In this document: positions 12,901 through 25,200 of the stretch, one piece after another | How the letters are laid out: each line of letters starts with the position of its first letter | How positions within the stretch are numbered: position 1 is the first letter of the stretch | Assembly (NCBI GenBank): GCA_051294905.1 | Contig: CM119373.1 | Span: 498,001-562,000, forward strand | Source of the DNA: Botryllus schlosseri | Lineage: Eukaryota | DNA length: 64,000 bases | Direction: 5' to 3' | The notes under the pieces: model-generated | What the model saw: the letters and a program-made list of their open reading frames with translations, nothing else | Database searches by the model: none | Told to the model about the DNA's origin: nothing | Position numbers and translations under genes: made by a program

Positions 12901-12994
12901 AGATTACGCAAATCGATAGGCCGTCCGAAAGTGTTTCGTACACGATCCTGGTGTGTTACGACCACTGAGCTGGTGGTTACGAGTTACGAACAGG

Positions 12995-15979
12995 CAATGG
13001 CGGCTCGTGACAATATCGGGTGGTGGGGCAAGGGCCGCAAGCGACTTGTTATCAATATGACGTCACAGTAGCGTTTTTCAACGTTCATGATGGCCACATG
13101 AATTTCCCGTAAACAATGATTTTTAACGTAGGTGCCGCGAGAGGTTTGCCGGTGGCGTGACTTGAAGTGCGGTAACAAATGTTTTATTCATTGTTTTTTA
13201 TTCAAATGATTATTTTACAAAATGTACGCGAACTAAGAATCGTTCCCATGCCACGAATCAATCATCAGGTTATCCTTAGTAGCATGCGTTATGATTTCGT
13301 GGTAGAGATTACGCAAGCGCCGAGTAAGACTATACCAAAAATACACAGACCAACTACCTACAAAGAGCATTCGCATGACACCTTGTGGTGTTTTAATCGT
13401 TCCATGCTCAGCAATTCTGTAAAGTGCTGCAGCGCCTCCGACCCGATTTGTATATGGATTCTCGTCCCGAAAGCGAGTCAAATCGATTTGCCCTCGTCCG
13501 AAAGTGTTTGGTACACGATCCTGATGCGTTACGACCAGGGGATAGGCAATCAAAGCGGTGGCACCCATAAACGTAAAACATTATAAAAAGCCAGCTGTTA
13601 TCCATGGAAGATTAATTACGAGTCTGCCTGCCATCATTCAAGCAGGAATCAAAGCATTGTGTTAAATTGAAATGCGAGCACATATCGCATTAAACAATTT
13701 AAACAATAGATAGAAATTCAGCGTCAACAATCTCGGTAAACAAATGCTGTAGATAGATGTGATATATCGAATCAAGCACATCATTTTGAATAGTCTTTGA
13801 GGTACCCTTAGCTACTGTCGCGGTGTCGAGATGTTCGCGCAAAATGCTATCAATGGAAGCCGTGTATTTAATTAGATCCAAAAATACCCCCCTATTGAGA
13901 GAGCATTCCTTCTCATCGTGGCCTCGAAGGGGCAATTCATGAACTCCAATAAATTTAATGGCATCAATCACCCGAGAGAGAACATGCCTATTCTTATCTA
14001 CAAGCTCATTGTGCTTGCAGACTGATACGCGATAACTTTCATTGAGCTGCGACATTACATTTACTCTGCCAAACAATTTACATTTAACTGCACTAGCCAT
14101 GTGCACTTGGGATTTTTGGTGCGTTTTCAGACGCTCTGACAAATGCTTCAGATCGCGATAACCAATTTTGTTCCAACAAGAGCCACTGCTTCCGGTACCG
14201 GCACTGTCGAATAAAAGACAGTAAAAGCAAAACAAGGCGTTTTTATCCTCGCCATAAGTAAGTCATTCATTTTTATCGAAATGCGCTGAAGAAAAGGCAC
14301 GAGTGCGTTTTCCTCCGGCGTACGATTGGATCAATGGGCAATTTCTAGGCTGATACGGACCTAGTCGCTTTACCTCTAATTTTTGCTCTAAAGGCAGCTG
14401 GCTAAACGGCGTACGGAGCAAAGATTCAACACGATTCATGTTCGCACTTGACCTGACTACTTATATGCAGAAATGGAAATGACTATAAATCGAGAGATTG
14501 CGTATGCCTAACTGGAAAGGTCAACGAGTTCGGACACATACGCAATTGTTATCTCATAGATTGGACAAGGAAATGTCATATTGAATCCAAAACATCATTC
14601 TGAAGAACTACGGATAGCAGCCTCGGAAATTCGGTCCCGGTACAGCTTGGGAGATTCTGGCCTTGAGGCTGGAGACTGTCACACGACACATACGGCTTAC
14701 GGTCTCTAGTGTCTATATGTCTGCTGCAAAATCGCCTTCGGAAAATATATTACCGAATAAATACGTGGATGAAAGCCGAAAACTTGGTACACTGTTACAT
14801 GAAATCATCGAGAAGTATAGCCTCATGACCGTTTTCGGTATGGTACACTGTCAAAATTAATACGAACAGATCAACGCCGAATTTTGCGTAATATTTACTG
14901 AGGAATCGGCTAATCAAGCGATCAGCTGTTAGCCGCCATCGAAAACGAAACAGCTATCGCGCTTGACAGGGGTTGTAATTGTGAGCAAATGGCCCGAAGG
15001 CCACCATTCCACGGTGAAATTGACATTGGAGAATATAAAATAAAACTAAATAATTGAATGCAAACCGAGGATGTTAGTAAACTGTTTCATGATATCATCA
15101 TCTCATCACCTATCTCAGTATGGAACACAGATACATCGGCTTTTGCGTGAAATCCGCAATGCGTTAGGTAGGCTAAGTGTCAGATCAGCGCACATCTCTA
15201 CCATACTCGAACTTAATAACGAAATTGCTGCCCTAATCATTGAGTGTCAACCTTGAGACTTGGCACAGCGTTCGATACTAAAATCAAGACATACCATGTA
15301 AAAGTTCATGACGGATCTAGCTAAGGAGCATCGTTAAAATCAATGGAGACCAATACCGGCTTTGCGTGAAATATGTTTGCGATACATGACCGATCAGCAC
15401 ACACTCGACTTTGGAAACGGAATTACTACCCTAAACTTTGAGTAGAAACCCTGAAACTTAGGACAGTGTTAAATACCACCATCACGACATGACATACCAA
15501 GTTTCAAGAATTATCATGGTGTGAAACACCATCAAAATCGACCTGTACCAGCAACGGTCGACTCAACGCATATCACGGTATCCGAGTTCAGATATAGATA
15601 CGATTGTTACATCACACCTTAGGGGCGAGCAAGCATATTTGCCCCGGTTGCTCGGCCATTTTACGAATAGGAGAGAGTAAAGCAACGTTTCTTAATTGTG
15701 CGCAGCTTTGAGAGAATAGCTAGTGAAAGCTTGTTATGAGCGCTACCGGGGCAAGCCCCGGCTAGGCATTCACAAAGCGAAAACACAGAAGAGAATTCGA
15801 TTTTCGCGGAGACTTCGCTATGTATGGGCATTTGCAAGCGAAAGCACAAGAAGAACGCGGGTTTCGCTGTGATCTCGATATATATTGAGCGCTGTGCGTC
15901 TATAAATGGTTAAATTGTTATTGAACAGAATTTTAGGTGGGGCAATGCCCCAGTTGCCCTATAGGACGAGCCGCCACTG
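12995..15979. mobile_element. hAT element (inner copy of the same family) carrying a transposase fragment
   Basis: TIR CA(A/G)TGGCGGCTCGT; perfect 8-bp TSD CGAACAGG at 12987-12994 and 15980-15987. Confidence 0.95.
13699..14439 (-). pseudogene. Truncated hAT transposase (ZMYM1-like, TTF-type zinc finger plus DUF4371 region)
   Basis: ATG at 14439; in-frame TGA at 14263-14265 where W is expected; FCFYCLLF, LPLRGHDE, NRGVFLDL, TSKTIQND motifs; stops before the catalytic core. Confidence 0.9.
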
Positions 15980-18004
15980 CGAACAGGTGATAGGCAACCA
16001 AAGCGGAGGTACCCGGCGTACGATTGGATCAATGGACTGGACAATTTCTAGACCTTTAATTTTCGCTCTAAAGGCAACTGCGTAAACTAGCCTACGTACG
16101 GAGCAAAGATTCAATACGATTCATATTCGCACTTGACTTGACCTGACTAATTCCAATGACTAGAACTCGAGAGATTGCGTAAGCCTAACTGCAAAGGTCA
16201 ACGACTTCGGACACATACGCAATTGTTATCTCATAGATTGGGCCTGTCATATTGAATCCAGAACATCAATTTGAATGGTCTTTGAAGAACTAAGGACAGC
16301 AGCCTCGGAACTCGGAACTACATTTTGGCCTTGAAACTGGAGATTGTGACGCAACACATACGGCTTACTGTCTATAAGTCTGCTGCGAAATAGCCGTTGG
16401 AAAATATATTAATCAATAAACACATGAATGAAAGCCGTAAACTTAGCATACTGTTACATGAAATCATCGAGAAGTAGCATTCGCAATCTCATAACCCATT
16501 CCGGCATGGTACACTGTCAAAATCAATACAAACAGACGAACACCGAACTTTGAGTAAAATAGATCGAGGAATAGGCTGATCGAATGATCAGCTGTTAGCC
16601 GACATCGAAAATGAAATAGCTATCGCATTTGACAGGGGATTGTAAGCAAATGGTTTGAAGGCCACAATTTCACAGTGAAATGCACATTGGCGAACATAAA
16701 ATTATGTGAATATTTGAATGCAAACCGAGAAACTTAGTTAGCTGTTTCATGCGATCATCGAGATATACCATTGGAAATATCATCACCGATCTCGTTATGG
16801 AACGCAGACTAGATTAGCACAGACAGACACCGGCTTTTGCGTGAGATCCGCAATGATGTGGGTAGGCTAAGTATCAGATCAGCGCGCATCTCTACCATAC
16901 TCGACCTCGAAAACGAAATAACTGCCTCAATCATTGAGCGTCAACTTTAAGACTTGGCACCGCGTTCGATACTAAAATCAAGACATACCGTGCAAAAGCT
17001 CATGACAGATCTAGGTATGGAACATCGTTAAAATCAATAGAGACCAATAACGGCTTTTGCGTAAATCTGTTAGCGATAAATGAAGAGTCAGCTCTCACTC
17101 GACTTTGGAAACGAAATTACCACCCACATAGTTCAGTGACAAACTTAAAACTTGTTACAGCGATCGATACTAACATTAAGACTTACTGTGCCAAATGTCA
17201 TGACCGATCTCGGTATGGAACGTCAAAATCAATGGAGACCAATGCCGGCTTTTGAGTAAAATCTGTTTGCTGTACAATGTACATGATAGATCAGCACACA
17301 CTGAACTTCGGAAACGAAATTACTACCCTTATCTTTAAGTAGCAAGCCTGAAACTTGGAGCAGTGCTAAATACTACCTTCACGACATATCATACCAAGTT
17401 TCAAGAATTATCATGGTGCGAAACACCGTCAAAATCGACATATACCAGCAAAGGTCGACTCAACGCATGTCATGGTAACCGAGTTCAGATATAGATACGA
17501 TTGTTACATCACACCTTAAGGGCGACAGGCATAGTTGCCCCACTTGCTCGGCCATTTTACGAATAAGAGAGAGTAAATCACCGTTTCTTTATTGTGCGCG
17601 GCTTTGAGAGAATAGATAGTGAAAGCTTGTTATGAGCGCTACCGGGGCAAGCCCCGGCTAGGCATTCACAAAGCGAAAACACAGAAGAGAATTCGATTTT
17701 CGCAGAGACTTCGCTATGTATTGGCATTTGTTAGCGAAAGCACAAGAATAATGCTGGTATCGCTGTGATCTCGGTATATATTGATTGCTGTGCGTCTATA
17801 AATGGTTAAATTGTTATTGAACAGAATTTTAGGTGGGGCAATGCCCCAGTTGCCCTATAGGACGAGCCGCCACTGATCAAGTCATATAGATAGAATGACG
17901 TGAGTCATATGACATGGTCGAGTGAATTGACATAAGTGACTCAAGTCGGGTCATTTTTAATTAATTTTTATCAGTTGATCTATAGTTTTGGGAGTAACGA
18001 CTTC

Positions 18005-18170
18005 CGTAGTAAGATGCTCCTAGCGTGAATTGATCAACTTTGATGACCCTGTTCTATCGAGTCTCCCGCCTATACCTTGCTTTTCTGTATATTGCGTTGC
18101 GGCCAATTGCATTTTTGAAGTGCGTGATATTGAATTGCAATGTTGAAAAATAAACATTCTCTCTCTCTTC
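18005..18170 (+). mobile_element. LINE 3'-UTR remnant with AATAAA and (TC)n tail
   Basis: Tail architecture like 9765-9792. Confidence 0.55.
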
Positions 18171-18361
18171 CTATGATCTTTTTTCTTATTAAATGAATGA
18201 CTAATCTATACTTCGACTGGTTCCTTATATTATTTGAATCGTGTGGTGTTTAGAACAGATCACATTACTAAGAAAACGATTCTGAACACACACGAGAGCC
18301 ACACAAGTAACAAAATTTAATCCAATACAACACAATGCCGTACACGCAAAATAATGTTCAA

Positions 18362-19015
18362 TAAGGTTGTTCGAATATATTTTTTTGAAAAATTCAACTG
18401 GCTAGTTAATAAAAATGTTGGGTTAGCTCCCCCTAAAAAAACGCTACACATCAAATTTGCATCAATTTAAACCTGTAGAAGTGCAGCTTACAGTGTATAA
18501 AATTTTAGATTTATCACAGAAAATTGAAATATTTTATTCTAATACGACTGGTCACTTCAAGAAATTGTTGGGTTGCCCAAAAACATGATACATAGCAAAT
18601 TTAGCTCAATTCCAACCCATGGAAGATACTGATTTTTTGAAAAAATAGTGTTTACGGTAATAGTATTTAATGTCAATAATAGCGATATAATTTCGCACGA
18701 TACTATTATTTTTCAAATCCAAAATCTCGACTCTAAAAATTCGCTAGTTGGAAAATCGAGCGACGATTCTTCGGGCTAGAATTGAGCGATATTTTATCTT
18801 TAATGTTTTTTTTTATGGACAGCCTAACAATTTCATAGAGAAGCTAGTACAATTTGAAAAAAATATATTTCATTTTTATAATAAATTTAAAATAGTTTAT
18901 TCTTACTGCTACAACAGTGGTTAGAATTGAGCAAAATTTGATGTGAACTTTTTTTTATTTGACAACCCATAGTTTCATAGAATACCCAATAAAATCTGAA
19001 AAAACTTATTTTTAA
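18362..19015. mobile_element. Old, degenerate palindromic MITE immediately downstream of the CCDC180 stop
   Basis: caaatttagctcaattccaacc-like motifs mirrored by ggttagaattgagcaaaatttg; resembles 23976-24491. Confidence 0.6.
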
Positions 19016-19030
19016 AAAGCCTCGAATTGT

Positions 19031-19236
19031 TCAAGTTTCGTACAATTCCCGCACATTTTTCACAGACTGCGCCCAATTCTCCATCCATCTGTTTTCCCCA
19101 TCCAGATTAATTTCCTCCTGGCGCGATATCGAACTCACAAGCTCGGAATAGACCTTCAAGAACTGGTCGAAGCATTCGTCTCTCTTCTTGATTGACGATA
19201 TGTGGGACAATGTTGTTTTCTTGCACGGAATATCCT
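19031..19236 (-). CDS. CCDC180: CCDC180 last coding exon (DIPCKKTTLSH...VRELYET*)
   Basis: TTTTACAG| acceptor; TGA at 19031-19033. Confidence 0.9.
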
Positions 19237-22200
19237 CTGTAAAAGATTGTCAAACAGTCTTGTACAAAGTATACTGGGTTTTCAAAATGCATACCTAAAT
19301 CTACAACTAGAACTACTCACTTTTCAAAACGCCTTAACTAGAACTTCAACTACACATTATTCGACAGCTGTAATTAGAACTAGAACTATTCACTATCCAA
19401 GATGAGCAACTATAACTATAACTACAACTACTGGATTTTCTTCAGCAACAACTGCTCACTTCAAGAATATGCAACTAGAACTAGAAGTACTCACTTTTGA
19501 CATTGTACAATTAGAACTTGAACTACTCTCTTTTCAAAATTAGCAACTGGAATTAGAACTAGAGCTATTCAATTTTCAAAAGACGTAATTGGAACTATAA
19601 CTAATCACTTTTAAAGGTAGCAACTGCAATTAGTACTAGAATTACTCAATTTTGAAAACGTGCAACTAGAACTAGAATTACGTAATTTCAAAGGTGGCTA
19701 CTAGTATTAGAACTACTACCTATTAAAAATTTGCAATTGGAACTAGAACTGCTGGTACCCACGATTGAAAAGCAGCAACTAGAATTAGAACAAGATTTAC
19801 CCAATTTTATAAATGTGCGACTAGAATTACAACTACTCACTTATTCAAATTAGCAACTAGAACTAGAACTACTACCTTTTCTATATCTGCATCTAAATTT
19901 AGGACTAGAACTAGTCACTCCTCAGAATCTGCAACTAGAACTAGAAGTAGAACTAGTCAAAACACACTAGATAGTGTTTCAAAATTACAAAACAAAGGTT
20001 CAGCCTTGCAGGTTACTAGTGAACGAAACAAATTCGGTACCTGTTACTTCAGTGACATCATCTTTGGGAAATTCCTTCAATTCCAATCCGTGCCAAACTT
20101 TGGGGCCGCGCAACAAGGAAGGTTTGTACGAGGTGTCGTGCAGATCGATGCCGGCCACTTTTTTTCTCAGCAGAATGCTGGTAGGTTCCTGTTTCACCTC
20201 AATTTCTGCGGAAAGAATACTATTGTAAGAAGGGGTGCTTTCTAATAGACTGTATCCAGAGGTAACTAAGTATTTTTGCCTTACGGCAATATTTTCGCCT
20301 ACACAACACTACTTCAAGTAGTTATGAATTTAATCTACCCTTCATAGAACAGTTTTAAGGCCATAATTCAAGGCATCACTTTTCCTTCTACTTGAGTAGT
20401 AAATTTGACTACTTTTGTAAGGAACAATTGACTCTATGCAGACCTGAGTAGCAAAGCTGACTCCTGTAGTAACTATTAACTCTATGCCAGGGGTTCTCAA
20501 CAAGGGTTGTAATGACTAGAGTCATTTTGGGTCACTCAATTTAACTCGAGTCATTTTTTCAAAGGCGTAAAATTACTTGACTCGAGTCAATTTTTGTATT
20601 GACTCAACTTGTACTTGGGTCATTGTACATGACTCGGACCAAGTCATATGACTCGAGACTAGGACGGCCAAGACAGACAATTCAATGTAACTTGGAAGAA
20701 TAGTAAAGTCACCACAGGATTCCTCTTTTGTCTATCAGCCCTGATACTTGGAAAATACGGCCAAAAACTGTTTAAACTGAGGAAAATTACGATGTTATGA
20801 ATTCAAGGCATTTTATATTTTTTGAACAGAGTTGAAAAAGTCAGTTGAACCTGATTGAACTGAAACCTGAATAGTGAACATAATGACTCAGACTTGAGTC
20901 AAAACACCATGACTCGGACCCGACCCGCTGATAGCTGACTTGGACTCGGACTTGACTCAATGTTGAATTGAAAATGACTCGACTGGACTCGAGTCAAAAC
21001 TATGAAAGTGAGATTGACTTATAACTCAGAACGTTGGGACTTTTGGTTACAACCCTGTTCTCAACCCTTGTTTGGCCGTGGCCCATTTTCCGGTTTGAAA
21101 ATGTTCTGTTCTCTTATCCAAGAGTCATAATCCTGTTCAATGCGCCGATATGCCTATTTCTCTAAAACAGGGGTTCTCAACCCGCGGCCCGCGGGCCGCA
21201 TGCGGCCTGCCGACGATTCTTTTGCGGCCCGCGACATCTTTCAGTATGAACGCAATTACTACTGGTACAGTATTGTTATGTTCTTCCAGTATTGTTATGG
21301 AAGAACAGTTGTTGTAACAAAGCCTAGAAGCTTGAAATGATAGCACTATAGTTTTATCAGGAGTTATACAGTTAGCTTGGTTTCAAGCCCAGCAATCCAT
21401 ATTTCGAGGCATTTTTAAAATTGCCGACGACGTGACAGACGCATTGTTCAAAATTGCTTGGATTATCGATAAACCGAAGAGTCTGCTAGAGAATGTGTGA
21501 CTTCAATATAAATTTGACGTACTGTGCGAATATTCGCTGTTTCCGGAATTTAGCAGCAAGTCCAACATCACCTGACAAAATTCGAGGGTACAGTTGTCTG
21601 ATTCAACAGTCACCAGAAGAGTAACAGCTATCTCAGTCGATCTTTCATCGCATGTTTTGAAACATAGTACGTTGCCACTCATAGACTACTTTAGCCTAGC
21701 ATTGGACGAATCCATCGACTGCACACAGTGCACACACATTGCATAGCAACTTATCCAGGTGCGTTTTATCAGAGTAGACATATTTCCAGAGGAAATGCTG
21801 ACGGGGCAAACGTGGGAAGGGGACCAGTGAAAAACATAAATTTGAAAAAGCTGGCTTCTGTAACTAATGGTGTATGGCTCCAGCCATGGAAGGAAAGGAG
21901 CGAAGAGTTGATTGGTTTGCTCACAAATGTCCCCGAAAATCTGACTTCTTATATCACTGAGAGCTCAAAGTGATAATAACCTCTGTAACGAAAATGTCAC
22001 CGTAATTTTACACTTGCTCGCTCACGCATTGAAACAGCGAGTTCGGTTCTCTGGTGGAAGGGTTTGAAGTGTACATATACCAACATGGAAACGAATAGAA
22101 TGTACGCTCCCTGAAGGGATTTACTTGCGCCACTTGAAGATAAATATCCTCACAAAAAACAGCAACTGCAAACTTACGAACGCTCTCCATTAATGCTTTA

Positions 22201-25200
22201 GAATGCATAAAAATGTACTAAATTCCCGTATAAGACTGGTAAATAGGCTACAGTAGCCTAAATTTAATAGTGGTTCACAAATACATGGTGATAATGTTCT
22301 GCGGCCCGCGGCGCCTTTTAGTGTGAAAATGCGGCCCGTTATACGAGGGAAGTTGAGAACCACTGCTCTAAAATATGCGCATTTGTCTCTTATTAATCAT
22401 ATATAAATGTAGACCTCCAGCGTGCCATAAGTTTTCAAGCTGAATAAATTTCCTCCAACAAACGACCAACAAAGTAATTTCGGGCACCTTCGAGCTTCTC
22501 TCTCAATTTGGGGGTTTGCGGAAGTTACGGCCTTACCAGATCGTAAAACTCTTGTGTACCATGGCCGTTCGTTGTTCCACTCACGTTGTGAAACCCAATG
22601 GCCTAATCCTCACATCCATTGTGTGATTGGGGTTCAAGTTACACTATAGTTGGGAATAATATAACCATTCTGGGCCAGCTTAACAAATCTTAAGTGAATT
22701 GGATATACTACAGAGAATTGGAAAAAAAAAATTTAATTTGCAAAATTCACAAGTTGTACATTGTATATAGTATGTCTTGTACCTGCTGAAGTTACAATGT
22801 CAGAACATTCAATCCAATGATACAATCAATTCTTGTGACTCTCACATTATGTACAATGATTTCAAAGCTTAAAATTTTAAACCGGCTCCAAAGATGAATG
22901 TGTTGCGCTAAAACCTCAATCCATTACGATCCGCTGTGGCGTTGCCGTATAATTTAAGAGGAAGTTTTCCAAATAACTTTGTGACAATCTTAAAATGCCC
23001 CTGGGGCCTAGTGTTTGAGAACCCCTGAACAAGTAGAAAAATTTCAGCTATTCCAGATTTGATTAGGATTAGAATTATAGCTACTAAGACTTTTTCCAAA
23101 CTACATAAAAATTAGAATAATGGCTGCACACTGTACACAGTTATTCCCAAATTGGACTAAAATTCGAATTATGGCTACACAGTTTTATTTCAAATTATAT
23201 TAGAATTAAAATTACAGCTACAAAGTTTTTTACAGAGTAGATTACAATTAGAATGATGGCTACACAGTTTTTTTAGATCATAATTGCAATTACTGAAGTC
23301 ACGAAAAACTTCGACATTGAATCCAGTTCATATTGTTCATCAGTTCATATTGAATCATAATTGATTGTCATAAGCACGAGAATGGCAAATGTCTGTAAAG
23401 CAAGCTTGGCTTGTTTTATATGATACAGTTAGCATTTTCAGGAAAACCGGATTAGAATTAGGTTACTGGCATTTCACTCTAATTAGTCTAATTATTATCT
23501 TGCTGTCCAAGTCTGACTCTATGCCTCAACTTACGTCCTGTGATGACATCGTCAATTGTTATAAAATGGTCGAATTGCTCCAACAGTTTCGAGCTAGTTT
23601 GCGAAATATGCAGCAGATAATTCTTGGCTACGTCGTACGCTTTGTCTTTGAGTTCAAACGCGTTGTCGTGGATTCCCACAATGTTTTCCTCCTGGCATAA
23701 CAAATTATTCGTTACAATGGAAATAGAGAATCAGTGAGAATTTTATGTCATAACAGTGTGAAATTTACACGGAAGTTCAAATATGAACCTTTTATGCGAC
23801 CACAATCAATATAATGGCAGTTGTAATTCACATTCAAGATAATTTGCTATTTTTTCAACTATACCTCTTTCATTGCACTTTATGACAATACTGTGGATTA
23901 TTCACGACTCAACAGATATGTCATTACATGTTCCATATGTTGCTGTACGACCAATCAAAGTGTGCAACTGTGCACCAGGGCTGTTCAAAAACAACTTTTT
24001 TTCCCGGATTCCAGCCATTCACTGATTACATTGTCAGGTTACCCTAAAAAACGCTGCGCACCAAATTTAGTTCAATTCTAACGAGTATAGGACTCCGCAG
24101 ATCCAATTAAAATTTTTCTGTCAACCCCATTAAATTGTTGAGCTGTCTTCAAAGACGTTGCAAAACAAATTTGAGTCAATTCCGACCAGTAGAAGCGGAG
24201 TTATGTGAGTTTTTCGATGATAAATCGCGGATAATCCACCGATCAATGATAATCCTCTCACATAACTCCGCTTCAACTTGTCGGAATTGACTCAAATTTG
24301 TTTTACAACGTCTTTGAAGACAGCTCAACAGTTCCATGCGGTTGGCAGAAAAATTTTAATTGGATCTGTGGAGTCCTATACTCCTTAGAATTGAACCAAA
24401 TTTGGTGTGCAGCGTTTTTTAGGGTAACCTGACAATTTAATCAGTGAATGGCTGGAATCCGGGAAAAAAAAGTTATTTTTGAACAGCCCTACTGTACACT
24501 GTACAGTGTACAGTCTGCCACAGTAGATAATTGTATCCAATCATAGTGGCCAGCGCTAAATGTAAAAGTGATGATTAAAACTAAAAGCAAACCTGGCGTG
24601 TCTCTTCTTTTTTGATCAAATCTTGCAGCATATCTTCCTGGTTGGGATGACCCAGCGTAGGCCGGAGTGTCTTTTTATGGTCGCCCTGAAAATCAAGTCA
24701 TTCTCAGTTGTATTTGGTCATGTTTCAACACAGCTGATCTTTGTAATCGGATCGGATAATGTACTACAATTTCTGACATTTCTGAAATTGCTACGATAGA
24801 ACTGTACCGTGAAAAACAAGCCAAGTTTGCTGTAGAGCAGGGGCGGGCAACATACGGCCTGCAGACAGTTTCCCGTCTTACATTATAATGGCCCGCGGCC
24901 CCCAGTCTGACAAGATTCCCCACTACTTGCTTAAACGTCAAATTTTAGTGACTGTATGTTATTATATACGTGTGTGCGCAGCGTGCTAGAGTAGAGCTTA
25001 TATGCGTAAGTTCGTAGAAGCGAGAAAACTTGCATTATCGACATTTACCATGTACGCTACTCAACCCTAATAGATTGATATGTTGGTAAATTTGGGGTAC
25101 CAGGCTTATCGAACACCTTGAAATCTTAATTAAGGATCGCATCATAATGTCCTATATGGTGTGGACATGAAGCAAATCGCGCGGCTCAGTGAGATTGGTC

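Larger units (their letters stand above)
12568..17875. mobile_element. hAT element (outer, internally deleted copy)
   Basis: TIR CAGTGGCGGCTCGT; perfect 8-bp TSD ATCAAGTC at 12560-12567 and 17876-17883. Confidence 0.95.

Noticed and set aside
19107..19292. Listed 61-aa ORF as the CCDC180 terminal exon
   Set aside because: Wrong frame; the splice-compatible frame from 19236 gives the recognisable C-terminus
20488..23027. Single hAT element bounded by CAGGGGTTCTCAA at 20488 and TTGAGAACCCCTG at 23027
   Set aside because: TIRs match but flanks (CTCTATGC vs AACAAGTA) give no TSD; the pairing is unproven
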